A stretch of DNA of 64,000 nt. Origin: Spirochaetales bacterium. GTDB taxonomy: Bacteria > Spirochaetota > Spirochaetia > DSM-2461. Position numbers and translations under genes: made by a program. The notes below the pieces were generated by a model, which was given only the letters and a program-made list of their open reading frames with translations, had not been told where the DNA came from and did no database searches. This document shows positions 1 to 10,140 of the stretch, piece by piece. Position 1 is the stretch's first letter; each line of letters starts with the position of its first letter. The DNA lies in contig JAFGXR010000103.1 in assembly GCA_016936555.1 (NCBI GenBank), positions 17,931-81,930 of the forward strand. Reading direction: 5' to 3'.

Positions 1-728
1 GTCATGGAAGGATCGAGGAAAACGGCTCCCTTTTCTGTTTTACCCATTTTCTTTCCGTCGGAACGGGTTACCAGAGGAAACGTCAGCCCCATAGCCTCTC
101 CGCCTTCAACGCGCCGGATCAATTCCATACCGGCAACGATATTTCCCCACTGATCATCCCCCCCGATCTGCAGGAGGCATTTTTCTCTTCTGAAAAGTTC
201 GAGGAAGTCGTAGGATTGCAGAAGCTGGTAATTGAATTCGATAAAAGACAGCCCTTTTTCCAGTCTCAGTTTATAGGCTTCAAATGTCAGCATCCTGTTT
301 ACGGAAAAATGTCTTCCGATATCTCTCAGGAATTCAATATAATTCAGTGGAGCCAGCCACTCGGCATTGTCTACGAGCTTGGCCTCTCCTTCTTCAAAGC
401 TGATGAAACGGGAAATCTGCTCTTTTAGCTTTTCAGCATTACTCTGGATTTCTTCAACAGTCTGCATTTTTCTCATATCGGATTTACCCGAAGGGTCTCC
501 GATTCTGGCGGTTCCGCCTCCAACCAGAATGATCGGCAAATGACCGGCTTTCTGGAGGTGATGCATAGCGAATAACGGAACCATATGACCTATATGCATG
601 GAGGGTCCGGTAGGATCCACTCCGACATAGATCCGGAGGGGACCTTCTTCCAGTTTACGGACGAGCATTTCTTCATCTGTGCACTGCTTGTAGAAACCCC
701 GTTCTTTCAGGATGTCAAGAGCATTCAC
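1..728 (-). CDS. tyrS: Tyrosyl-tRNA synthetase, N-terminal part (runs off the left edge; absent from the ORF track)
   Basis: Manual translation from GTG at 728: MNALDILKERGFYKQC...YVGVDPTGPSMHIGH (class I HIGH) ...GGGTARIGDPSGK...TEKGAVFLDP. The start overlaps the glyS TAG by 1 nt. Confidence 0.95.
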   Translation of the reverse strand, partial: MNALDILKERGFYKQCTDEEMLVRKLEEGPLRIYVGVDPTGPSMHIGHMVPLFAMHHLQKAGHLPIILVGGGTARIGDPSGKSDMRKMQTVEEIQSNAEKLKEQISRFISFEEGEAKLVDNAEWLAPLNYIEFLRDIGRHFSVNRMLTFEAYKLRLEKGLSFIEFNYQLLQSYDFLELFRREKCLLQIGGDDQWGNIVAGMELIRRVEGGEAMGLTFPLVTRSDGKKMGKTEKGAVFLDPSM

Positions 729-2119
729 TATTCCGGTCTCCTGTAATTTTTGATTTCTCTTCTGATTTTTTCTGCCAGCTCTGCCCTGGGAACCCTGACC
801 TGTTCCATGGAATCCCTGAAGCGAAGCGTGACATCATTATTGTCCTTGCTTTCGTAGTCCACGGTAACACAGAAGGGTGTTCCGATTTCATCCTGCCGTC
901 TGTAGCGCCGTCCGATGGCTCCGGATTTATCGTAAAATGTCGCGAAATCATCCCTCAGTTCATCCTGGATTTCTTTTGCCAGTTCATCCAGTCCGTCTTT
1001 TTTGACCAAAGGCAATACAGCGACTGTTACAGGTGCCACATTGGGATGGAAGTGAAGAACAGTTCTGATATCATCATTCCCCTTGGAGTCTTTTCCGAGA
1101 TTTTCTTCATGATAGGCATCCATCAGGGCGATAAGAACAGATCGTGTGAGTCCTGCCGATGTTTCGATGACATAGGGAATATAGCGCTCATTGGTCTGTG
1201 GATCGAGGTAGTTGATCTCTTTTCCGCAGTATTCGCTATGGCGCCCCAGATCGAAATCCGTTCTGGAATGGATACCCTCAAGCTCTTCCCAGCCGAATGG
1301 ATATTCATATTCTATATCGAAAGCATCTTTGGCATAGTGAGCGAGCTCTCCTTCTCCATGCTGATGAAAGCGGAGCTTGGCCGAGTTGATCCCCATCTTG
1401 TCATAATAAGCCATTCTGGTCTTTTTCCAGTATTCAAACCACTCGTCCTCATCGCCGGGCTTGACGAAAAACTGCATTTCCATCTGTTCGAATTCACATG
1501 TTCTGAAAATAAAGTTTTTTGTCGTTATTTCATTTCTGAATGCCTTACCGACCTGAGCAATTCCGAAGGGGATCGTGACCCGGCTCGTGTCGACAACGTT
1601 CTTGAAGTTTACGAAAATCCCCTGGGCTGTTTCCGGTCTCAGATATATTATGCTGCCTGTATCGGCGACAGGCCCCATCTGGGTACTGAACATAAGGTTG
1701 AACTGCCTGGCTTCCGTCAATTCACCTCCGCATTCAGGACAGACACGACTCTTCAGCACCTCCGGTTCCAGCTTATCTTCGCGAAAACGGGTTTTGCACT
1801 GCTTACAATCAACCAGCGGATCTGAAAAGTTTTCAACGTGTCCCGAAGCTTCCCAGGTGCGGGGATGCATCATAATGGCGGCATCGAGTCCCACAATATT
1901 GTCGTGTTTTCTGGTCATTTCATTCCACCAGAGCTTCTGAATATTGTTTTTCAGTTCGCTTCCAAGGGGACCGTAATCCCATGTCGCTGAAAGACCGCCG
2001 TAAATTTCACTTGATGGATATACGAAACCTCTCCGCTTGCAGAGAGAGACGATCTTTTCCATGGACGCGCCGTACTCGTTAACTTTTGTGTTTGCATTTT
2101 CTTTTTTGTTTTTTGCCAT
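728..2119 (-). CDS. glyS: Glycyl-tRNA synthetase, alpha2 homodimeric type
   Basis: LCKRRGFVYPSSEIYGG, YLRPETAQGIF, FRNEIT..FIFRTCEFEQME, GAIGRRYRRQDEIGTPFCVTVD. Start placed at ATG 2119, after an AGGTGG SD. Confidence 0.97.
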   Translation of the reverse strand: MAKNKKENANTKVNEYGASMEKIVSLCKRRGFVYPSSEIYGGLSATWDYGPLGSELKNNIQKLWWNEMTRKHDNIVGLDAAIMMHPRTWEASGHVENFSDPLVDCKQCKTRFREDKLEPEVLKSRVCPECGGELTEARQFNLMFSTQMGPVADTGSIIYLRPETAQGIFVNFKNVVDTSRVTIPFGIAQVGKAFRNEITTKNFIFRTCEFEQMEMQFFVKPGDEDEWFEYWKKTRMAYYDKMGINSAKLRFHQHGEGELAHYAKDAFDIEYEYPFGWEELEGIHSRTDFDLGRHSEYCGKEINYLDPQTNERYIPYVIETSAGLTRSVLIALMDAYHEENLGKDSKGNDDIRTVLHFHPNVAPVTVAVLPLVKKDGLDELAKEIQDELRDDFATFYDKSGAIGRRYRRQDEIGTPFCVTVDYESKDNNDVTLRFRDSMEQVRVPRAELAEKIRREIKNYRRPE

Positions 2120-2189
2120 TTTATCCACCTTGTATAAAGAATCCCCGTTCCCGGGGACGGAGTTCATTATTTTTCGTCTCTGTGTGTTT

Positions 2190-3665
2190 TCAGATTTCAG
2201 ATTTTAACTGGGCCAGAAGACCCTCAACTCTTTTGACAGCCCGATCTTCTCCCAGAAGTGCCAGGGATTGAATCATGGGAGGCGACATTTTCGTTCCAGT
2301 GACAGCAACGCGCAGAGGCTGCATGAGATCACCCAGTTTAATTCCCTTTTCCTCTACAGCTTTATTGATGTGCACTTCATTTTCCTCTTCGCTTCTCCTG
2401 TCAAAGCCTTCAAGGAGCTCCAGAGCGATTTTCAGCATCTCAATAGTTCCGGCTTTATCCATTTTCTTGGGCACAGCATCATCACTGTTCCAGGTTAATT
2501 CATCAACAAAGAGAAACCGCACCAGATCGGTAACATCGGTAGTCAGTTTCAGCCTTTCTCTGATGATGGGAAATGCCCCGTTAAAAACAACTTTCTCTTC
2601 CTCGGAAGGAGGATTGCCGATAATGCCGGCATCTATGAGTATGGGCATGAGTAGAGCCTTAAGCTCGTCGTGATCCTTCATCCTGATGTACTGTCCGTTA
2701 AACCATTCCAGCTTCTTATAGTCGAAAACGGCAGGCGCTTTGTTGATTTTTTCCAGATTGAACAGTTTTTCAAGATCCTCTTTTGAGAAAAACTCTCTGG
2801 AATCATCAAAAGACCATCCGAGCAGAGAGATATAGTTGATAATAGCTTCTGGAAGATAGCCGCCCCTGCGGAACTCTCTGACCGAGGTCGATCCATGACG
2901 TTTTGACAGTTTGGAACCGTCTTTTCCGACGACAAGAGGAAGATGACAGTACAAGGGTGGTTCCCATCCGAATGCTTTATAGAGAAGGACATGGAGAGGT
3001 CCGGTGGGAATCCATTCCTGCGCTCTCAGAACATGGGTAATGCCCATCATATGGTCATCGATAACATTAGCCAGATGATAAGTTGGAAAACCATCGGATT
3101 TGAGAATTATCGGATCGGGAGAAACATCTTTGTTCTTTCTGGTAATCTCTCCCATGATCACATCTCTCAGCGTAGTTTTGCCTTCCACGGGAATCCGGAA
3201 ACGGACCACGTAAGGTTTTCCTTCCGCCAGATTCGCAGCAACAGCCTTTTCTGATAGAGAGCTGCAGTGCCGGTCGTAGCCCTGTTCTTTCGATTTGTTT
3301 TTCTTCTGTTCTTCCCTGAGTTCCTCAAGCCTTTCTTCAGTACAGAAACACTTGTAGGCGTGACCGGATTCTATGAGTTTTTCCGTGTACTTTCTGTATA
3401 TATCAAAACGTTCAGACTGGACATAGGGGCCGAATCCCCCGTCCCTATCGGGACCTTCGTCCCAGCTTATACCCAGCCAATTCAACGTATCATAGAGATC
3501 CTGAAGCGATTCATCATTATATCTTTCCCGGTCCGTATCTTCGATCCGGAGAATAAATTTTCCACCCGATGCTTTGGCGAAAAAGTAATTGAATACAGCT
3601 GTTCTGACTCCACCGATATGCTGAAGCCCTGTGGGAGAAGGCGCATATCTGACTCTTACACTCAT
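2190..3665 (-). CDS. gltX: Glutamyl-tRNA synthetase
   Basis: VRVRYAPSPTGLQHIGG, LRIEDTD, PTYHLANVIDD, KLSKRHG. Start at ATG 3665, after an AAGGA SD. Confidence 0.97.
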   Translation of the reverse strand: MSVRVRYAPSPTGLQHIGGVRTAVFNYFFAKASGGKFILRIEDTDRERYNDESLQDLYDTLNWLGISWDEGPDRDGGFGPYVQSERFDIYRKYTEKLIESGHAYKCFCTEERLEELREEQKKNKSKEQGYDRHCSSLSEKAVAANLAEGKPYVVRFRIPVEGKTTLRDVIMGEITRKNKDVSPDPIILKSDGFPTYHLANVIDDHMMGITHVLRAQEWIPTGPLHVLLYKAFGWEPPLYCHLPLVVGKDGSKLSKRHGSTSVREFRRGGYLPEAIINYISLLGWSFDDSREFFSKEDLEKLFNLEKINKAPAVFDYKKLEWFNGQYIRMKDHDELKALLMPILIDAGIIGNPPSEEEKVVFNGAFPIIRERLKLTTDVTDLVRFLFVDELTWNSDDAVPKKMDKAGTIEMLKIALELLEGFDRRSEEENEVHINKAVEEKGIKLGDLMQPLRVAVTGTKMSPPMIQSLALLGEDRAVKRVEGLLAQLKSEI

Positions 3666-3761
3666 CTGAACTTCCTTTTTCATTCATTTTTTATAATATA
3701 TCTGATGAGTATATATATTGTTGAGATTTATGCCTATACGGGGAGGTAAAATTGAATGGTT

Positions 3762-4664
3762 TTACTCTATTTCCTTTAAAATCAGATCGAGGTCATCATT
3801 CCCGTTGCAAACTTTAGAAGAAAAGGAGAGATCAATTTTGTGACTCATTCCTTTATACTCGAAAGTATTTTCCTGAAATACCCTGGAGATCTTGCTCTGA
3901 ATGATTTCAAGACCTTCCGCTTCTGTTTCCGGCAGAAGAATCATAAACTTGTCCCCGCCCCACCGGGCCGTCAAGTCTCTCTCGCGAAGAGAACCGTGAA
4001 TAAGATCCGCCGTCTTCCTTATGATAAAATCACCGCACTCATAGCCGTGTCGTTCGTTATAGTGGCGGCATTTTACTATATTCGCGAGAAGAAGAGTAAA
4101 TTTTTTCTGACTCCTTCTGGAACGGATCTGTTCATCGGTTATTTTTTCGAGGAATGCTCTGCGGTTGTAGACCCTGGTTAGCGGGTCCAGTCGGCTCATA
4201 ATCTCCATTTCCGTAAACGCTTCATCGAGCTGTTTGGCAATCTGATCCTTTTTCCGGCACTCTGCTGTATATTTCTGCCGGTCGAGAATAAGTGAAATAT
4301 AAGGAGACATTCTTGCAACGATCTCAACGGCGCTGAAGGGTTTGACAATATAATCGGAAGCGCCGCTTTCATAGGCTACTTTTTTTTTATGATCTTCTGT
4401 CAGCATGACAATAACCGGGATATTCTTCAATTCTTCTTTTTCACGGATTCGTCTCAGAACTCTCAGGCCTTCCTCATCGGGCAGCGAATCAGCCAGAAGA
4501 ACCAGATCAAAGTTTTTTTTCTGAAGATGCGTCACCACATTGAGCCCCTGTTTAACATAGGAGACTTTGCAATTGTGGCGTCTGAGAAGAGGAACGGTCG
4601 CCTCAACATTTTTCGAGTCGGCTTCAACAATTAGAACATTACAAATTAGAGACATATAAAACAC
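3762..4664 (-). CDS. Atypical receiver domain plus degenerate GGDEF domain protein
   Basis: Receiver-like N-terminus (DLVLLADSLP, VKPF). C-terminal DPLTRVYNRR...RERDLTARWGGDKF. Confidence 0.85.
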   Translation of the reverse strand: MFYMSLICNVLIVEADSKNVEATVPLLRRHNCKVSYVKQGLNVVTHLQKKNFDLVLLADSLPDEEGLRVLRRIREKEELKNIPVIVMLTEDHKKKVAYESGASDYIVKPFSAVEIVARMSPYISLILDRQKYTAECRKKDQIAKQLDEAFTEMEIMSRLDPLTRVYNRRAFLEKITDEQIRSRRSQKKFTLLLANIVKCRHYNERHGYECGDFIIRKTADLIHGSLRERDLTARWGGDKFMILLPETEAEGLEIIQSKISRVFQENTFEYKGMSHKIDLSFSSKVCNGNDDLDLILKEIE

Positions 4665-4722
4665 TCCGGAAATCAGCTGAAAATAAAATCATGGCATTTT
4701 TAATAAGAAAAACTCACCGGCA

Positions 4723-5529
4723 CTATGCCGCTGCAGGGGATTTGGACCACGTCCGGGCTTCATCGAGAAGTCCGGTTAATAAAAGTATGAAAATGTTTTT
4801 TCCTCTCAGAGAATCACAATAAGAAGTCCATTTCCGGTCATCGGAGAATTTTTCACGGTACCGATCCAGTTCCTCATCAGCGAGATCTGATTTGTGACCG
4901 ATGGAATCAAGAGAAAACAAAGTAAGCAGTCGCAAGACATAATCATTTTTGTTTTCCAGAATTTCATTCAGAACAGCTTCCGCCATTTCCCTGTTATTAT
5001 CTCTGATAAGGGAAAAAGCATAAGCCCATTTGACCCAGTCCCTTTCGGCCGTATTCTTCATATCCTTATATTCACCGTAATGCATGAGCGAAGCTGCACT
5101 GTCATCTCTCAGGAAAGGGGGAATACCGAGAAGAAGAGCGAATCTGGGAAGAAGGACCGGTTTTCTTTCGGAAATCTCTCTGGAAAGCCTTTCTATCTTA
5201 TCCAGATTTGAAACGGCCAGAGCCGTGTTGATCATCAGTCTGATATACTGTTTTCTGAATTGTCCCCGTTCGTATATTCTTTCTTCAAGATATTTTGTCA
5301 GGTTTGGCCAGTCTTCTCTTTCCAGATAGATGAAAAGATTCCAGTTTGCGACAAAATAACCGTCCAGTCCGGCGATGAGAAGAATAAAAATCAGCGCGAG
5401 ATACCAATTGTCTTTCCAGAATACAGCGGAATAGCTACCGCTCAGCAAAATCAAAGGAAGAAGAAAAATCAGCGCAAAAGATAAAATAACCACTATATTA
5501 AAGAGAAAAAATATAGATTTAAACTTCAT
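4723..5529 (-). CDS. Hypothetical membrane protein (two N-terminal TM helices, helical cytoplasmic domain)
   Basis: 268-aa ORF with two hydrophobic segments at the N-terminus; divergent from the HD-GYP gene. Confidence 0.75.
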   Translation of the reverse strand: MKFKSIFFLFNIVVILSFALIFLLPLILLSGSYSAVFWKDNWYLALIFILLIAGLDGYFVANWNLFIYLEREDWPNLTKYLEERIYERGQFRKQYIRLMINTALAVSNLDKIERLSREISERKPVLLPRFALLLGIPPFLRDDSAASLMHYGEYKDMKNTAERDWVKWAYAFSLIRDNNREMAEAVLNEILENKNDYVLRLLTLFSLDSIGHKSDLADEELDRYREKFSDDRKWTSYCDSLRGKNIFILLLTGLLDEARTWSKSPAAA

Positions 5530-5593
5530 TTATTGAGCTCCTCTATATATAATTAAGTACAGGGAAATAGAATTTTGTTTCAATGGAGTTTAA

Positions 5594-6760
5594 ATGAACA
5601 AAATACCGCAAGAAAACATTATTGACGGCATGGTTTTCGAATCACCAGTCTATCTCGATAAAAATTATATACTTCTCACTCCGGAAATTCCAGTATCGGA
5701 ATCCCTTAAAAAAAACCTGATGAAATGGGAATACAGGGAACTTGAGACAGAAGGGCCGATTGTGGGAAAAGAATCTCTGGCATCGAGCGATCATAATATG
5801 ACGTCAGCTTTTCTTGATCACGATGCGAAAGAGAAGGAAGGGATAAAAAAAGCCAGACAATTCTATGTGGAAATCCTGGACGCCGTTGAAAAAATCTACC
5901 AGCGCTATTCCAGAGACCAGCATCTTGACCTGAACTACATAACCGAGTACATAAAAAAAATGATAACCATGATCAAGGAGAATCACGATTATATTCTGAG
6001 GCTTCCAGATCTGGATAATTATAACAAGGATTACCTGATAACTCATTCCGTCAAATCGGCGCTTCTGGCTCTGACCATAGGCGAAAGCATAAAGATGCCT
6101 CAATTCAAGCTGATCGAGCTGGGAATATCAGCACTTCTCCATGAAATCGGCATGTTGAAACTTCCCGACAATCTGTATAACTTCACCAGGAAGCTGAGCG
6201 ACTCGGAGAAGAAAGCTCTTACAACCCACACCATTCTGGGCTACCGTCTTTTAAAGGATTTTTCTCTTTCCCAGGACATTCTTATGGGTGTTCTTCAGCA
6301 CCACGAGCGTTGCGACGGAAGCGGATATCCCCAGCAGCTTTCTGCGCCTAAAATTTCTGATTATGCCAAAATTATAAGTATTGTCTGCGCCTATGATGCT
6401 CAGATATCCGACCGGCCTCACAGTGCATCCCGAGACGGATACCATACCCTTATGGAAATGCTGAAGGAAGGGGCCAAGTATGATGAAACAGCCTTGAGAA
6501 CTCTGCTCTACTCGATATCTCTCTATCCTCTCGGCAGTCATGTCATCCTTGAAAACGGTTCTATAGGGGTTGTCGTGCACAACAACAAAGGAAACCCCAA
6601 ATTTCCCATGGTTAAAGTACTTATCGATCCCGACAGAAAACCTCTTGCTGATATGCCAGTCATTGAAACCCGGGACGAGAAAGGACTCAAGATCAAAGAT
6701 ATTCTTAACCGGGATCAAATCCTCAAGTTGAAAGCAGAAGGGCTGATTCAAAAGGATTAG
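5594..6760 (+). CDS. HD-GYP domain protein (c-di-GMP phosphodiesterase family), HE variant
   Basis: THSVKSA...LLHEIGM...HTILGY...QHHERCDGSGYP. GGAG SD upstream. Confidence 0.9.
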   Translation: MNKIPQENIIDGMVFESPVYLDKNYILLTPEIPVSESLKKNLMKWEYRELETEGPIVGKESLASSDHNMTSAFLDHDAKEKEGIKKARQFYVEILDAVEKIYQRYSRDQHLDLNYITEYIKKMITMIKENHDYILRLPDLDNYNKDYLITHSVKSALLALTIGESIKMPQFKLIELGISALLHEIGMLKLPDNLYNFTRKLSDSEKKALTTHTILGYRLLKDFSLSQDILMGVLQHHERCDGSGYPQQLSAPKISDYAKIISIVCAYDAQISDRPHSASRDGYHTLMEMLKEGAKYDETALRTLLYSISLYPLGSHVILENGSIGVVVHNNKGNPKFPMVKVLIDPDRKPLADMPVIETRDEKGLKIKDILNRDQILKLKAEGLIQKD

Positions 6761-6820
6761 CTATGCTATCCCCTATACATTACAATTGAATTATGACGAA
6801 TGTTCAGAAAGGAGATTGTA

Positions 6821-8485
6821 ATGCAGAAACTAAAAGTAACGATTCCCGGCGGCAAGACGATTACATGCGAAAACGGGACTTCTCTACGGGGTATTTCTGA
6901 TCAGGAAAAATTGAATAAAACGGGCTATCCCTTTATGGCGATGAGAGTCAATAACAAAATCTATTCTCTCTCTTCAACTGTCAACTATAACTGTGTTATA
7001 GAACCTGTGGAGTTGGAGTGCAGCGATGGCCTGAGGATTTACAGAAAGAGCCTCTCCTATCTTCTGGAAATGGCATCTAAAGAAGTCTTTCCGGATTTGA
7101 GACTGAAAATCAGTCATTCCATCGGGAGCAGTATCTACTACTATTTTGATGAACAGAGAGATATCGGGGAAAAGGACCTGGACAAACTGAGCGGGAAAAT
7201 GAAAGAGATTGTCGAAGCCGCCTATCCTATCGATATCGTAAAAATCCCTTATATCGAAGCTGTGGAAATGTTCCGGGAATTCAATCAGCCGGAAACGCAA
7301 CTCCTTCTCGAAGGAATGAACTGTTCCTCGATTTCCATGAATGTTTGTAATGGATTTATGGCCCCGTCCTTTTATCCACTGACCGATAATACATCAGCTC
7401 TTCCCTATTTTGAAATTATGAAATACCGGAACGGATTTCTTCTCCGGTATCCCGGTTCAAAAAACCCCAGAGAAATGCTGCCATTTGAAGACAGGCCTCT
7501 GCTCTACTCCATTTATGAAGAGTATAAGAACTGGGGGAAAATCCTCAATGTCAACTGTGTGGGTCAAATGAATAAACTCACCACGAACAAAAAAGAAATG
7601 GAACACTTCATCCGGGTTTCCGAAGCTCTTCACAATAAGAAGATCGCCCATATTGCCGACGAGATCCTTCACAGGAAAGGGGATGTCAAAGTGGTCCTGA
7701 TCGCCGGTCCTTCATCTTCGGGAAAAACAACTTTTACCAAGAAACTGGCAATCGAACTGCAGGTTGTCGGGTTCAATCCGATCATCGTATCTCTTGACGA
7801 TTACTACCGCCCCCGCCATGAAGTTCCGGTCGATGAGTTTGGAAAAGTCGACCTGGAAGCACTTGAAGCTCTGGATGTTCCGCTGCTGAATAGAAACCTG
7901 ATAGATCTTTTCAATAACAAAGAAGTGGAAATTCCTATTTTCGATTTTAAAATCGGCGGAAGAAGAGATACGGGGAAAAAACTTCAGATGGGAGACAGAA
8001 CGATTCTCCTGATGGAGGGAATCCACGGATTGAACGAGCGATTGACTCCCGATATCCCTGCGAGCAGAAAGTATAAAATCTATTTATCAGCTCTTACGCA
8101 GCTCAATATTGACGATCACAACAGAATCGCCACAACAGATAACCGGATAATCAGGAGGATGGTCCGCGATCACCATTTCAGAAATTACGATGCCCTGAAT
8201 ACTTTCAGGATCTGGCCTTCCGTCCGGAGAGGCGAAGAGAAGAATATATTCCCCTATCAGGAGTCGGCCGATTCCGCTTTCAATTCGGCTCTTGACTATG
8301 AAATTTCCGTGCTCAAAGTATACGCGGAACCGCTGCTGCAATCGGTTAAACCCGATTGTCCTGAATACAGCGATGCGTCGAGACTTCTTGATTTTCTCTC
8401 CAGCTTTACAGCTATTCCGAGCCACATGGTCCCGGAATACTCAATTCTGCGGGAGTTTATCGGGAACAGTGCTTTCAAATATTAG
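6821..8485 (+). CDS. Uridine/nucleoside kinase with ThrRS-N-terminal-like (TGS/editing-fold) extension
   Basis: Walker A IAGPSSSGKTT, SLDDYY, MEGIHGLN, RRMVRD in the C-half. The N-half resembles ThrRS N1/N2 domains. ATG 6821 follows AAGGAG. Confidence 0.85.
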   Translation: MQKLKVTIPGGKTITCENGTSLRGISDQEKLNKTGYPFMAMRVNNKIYSLSSTVNYNCVIEPVELECSDGLRIYRKSLSYLLEMASKEVFPDLRLKISHSIGSSIYYYFDEQRDIGEKDLDKLSGKMKEIVEAAYPIDIVKIPYIEAVEMFREFNQPETQLLLEGMNCSSISMNVCNGFMAPSFYPLTDNTSALPYFEIMKYRNGFLLRYPGSKNPREMLPFEDRPLLYSIYEEYKNWGKILNVNCVGQMNKLTTNKKEMEHFIRVSEALHNKKIAHIADEILHRKGDVKVVLIAGPSSSGKTTFTKKLAIELQVVGFNPIIVSLDDYYRPRHEVPVDEFGKVDLEALEALDVPLLNRNLIDLFNNKEVEIPIFDFKIGGRRDTGKKLQMGDRTILLMEGIHGLNERLTPDIPASRKYKIYLSALTQLNIDDHNRIATTDNRIIRRMVRDHHFRNYDALNTFRIWPSVRRGEEKNIFPYQESADSAFNSALDYEISVLKVYAEPLLQSVKPDCPEYSDASRLLDFLSSFTAIPSHMVPEYSILREFIGNSAFKY

Positions 8486-10100
8486 CAGCTTTCAACTGTT
8501 CTCTGCAGAGATCAAGGAAGTCTTTTAAAGTTCCCTCTCCGTTATAAACCGATGATGCGCTTTTAAAGGAGAGGGCGATCTCTTTATCTCCGGCTGAGAA
8601 TCTGCATTCCTTCAGAGCATAACCCAGTTTATGCCGGACAGAAACCAGGCTTTCCAGATCTGTTGAAGGCATCAATATGGAAAAGACGAACGGTTTCCAC
8701 AGAGCGATTGTATCCTGCCCTTTCAGTTCTTTATTGAGAATGTCGCCGATATATTTCTGAAACAGCTCTCCCGTTCCCGGAGCGATTTCTTCATCGAGAT
8801 GGCTATGTTCTTTAAAAGAGAGAAAGAGCAGAGAGAAATCCTTACCATTAGATTTCCACTGTAAATAAAGTTCCCGGATTTTCTCTTCAATTGCTTTTCG
8901 ATTGGGGAGTCCCGTTGCGGAATCGGTTTTTGAAAGGACCATTTCCCGTTTAAGATCCCTGCTCAGTTTTTCAACAATTCTTGAGTTTTTCCGATAGAGG
9001 AGGTAAAAAATAAAGAGTAAAGCCAGAAGACAAATGAGCATTAAGGCTCCATAGAGTATCAGACGATTCTGAGAATCGATTCTGTTTCTCTGTTCATCTA
9101 TCTCTTTTTCTTTTTCAAGTGTTTCATAATTGGCTTTAATATTGTTCAGATTTTTCTCGTTTCTCCCTCTTTCGTAGATTTCCTTCTGTTCATAATAAAG
9201 TGATAAATAATTGAATGCTTCTTCATAATTATTCATCTGTCTGAAAATAAAGGCGAGAGCGGAATAAGCTTCGAGACGGTTTTTTTCATTACTGCTGCTA
9301 ACGGCTGCCAGAAGCGCCTCCTGACCGTAAGAGAGAGCTCTTGTGTAGTCTTTAAGAAGGGCATAATTCCGGCCGAGAAGACTCATTGCCAATGATCTGA
9401 CAGAGATGAAGCGGCTGTCATCTCCTGTTTCTCTGATGATCGAGATGAGACGGCCCACAGATTCCCGGAATTTTCCGTTTTTATAGTCTATTTCACCGGC
9501 AAGAAGTTGTAATTCCTGCATTCTGAGATTTTCACCCAGTTCTTCGGCCATTATATAAGCGTTCTCGGCGTATTTTGCTGCCTCGGCGAACATTTCCAGG
9601 TCTCTGTATGTTTCAGACAGAGCTTTGAGTATTAAAATTTTCTGATCCGTCTTTTCCATACCGGCAAAGGTGAAGCTCTCTCTAAATAGCTCCAGTGCCT
9701 TTTCCTTATCTTCAAGATAAGTATAGACAATACCCATGTTGTAAGCGGAAAAAGCCCTCAATTCGGTATACTGATATTTTTCAGCCCTGTCGTAACTCTG
9801 ACTCAAAAATTGAAGACTCTTATCAATTTCAAGAAGATAAAAATAAGCTATCCCCATCAGAGCTTCAGACTCACAGCTCAATTCCTTAAGATTTTCCATT
9901 TCTGCAAGGGAGTATGCTTTTCTTGCCAGATTAAGCATCTCTCCGGCTTTTTCGGTTGGCAGGTTTTTTGCCTGACGATTGTATTCACGGATCTGATCTT
10001 CAATGGAAGTGAACCTGAAATCGGATGCATTATCTGTCTGTGCCGGGAGAAACAGGCTGCAAAGAAATATAAATAGAAGAACTAATCCTGAACGCTTCAT
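8475..10100 (-). CDS. Exported TPR-repeat membrane protein with degenerate GGDEF-like C-terminal domain
   Basis: Signal peptide, TPR-like helices (AYNMGIVYTYL), TM segment near residues 347-368, DSATGLPNRK; no GG[DE]EF motif. Confidence 0.8.
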   Translation of the reverse strand: MKRSGLVLLFIFLCSLFLPAQTDNASDFRFTSIEDQIREYNRQAKNLPTEKAGEMLNLARKAYSLAEMENLKELSCESEALMGIAYFYLLEIDKSLQFLSQSYDRAEKYQYTELRAFSAYNMGIVYTYLEDKEKALELFRESFTFAGMEKTDQKILILKALSETYRDLEMFAEAAKYAENAYIMAEELGENLRMQELQLLAGEIDYKNGKFRESVGRLISIIRETGDDSRFISVRSLAMSLLGRNYALLKDYTRALSYGQEALLAAVSSSNEKNRLEAYSALAFIFRQMNNYEEAFNYLSLYYEQKEIYERGRNEKNLNNIKANYETLEKEKEIDEQRNRIDSQNRLILYGALMLICLLALLFIFYLLYRKNSRIVEKLSRDLKREMVLSKTDSATGLPNRKAIEEKIRELYLQWKSNGKDFSLLFLSFKEHSHLDEEIAPGTGELFQKYIGDILNKELKGQDTIALWKPFVFSILMPSTDLESLVSVRHKLGYALKECRFSAGDKEIALSFKSASSVYNGEGTLKDFLDLCREQLKAANI

Positions 10101-10140
10101 ATCTTTTTTATTCTAGCCTTATTGGGTATTTGTTTCACTA

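Noticed and set aside
3666-3761. T-box leader for the aaRS genes
   Set aside because: The region is too short and AT-rich, and has no T-box consensus or terminator.
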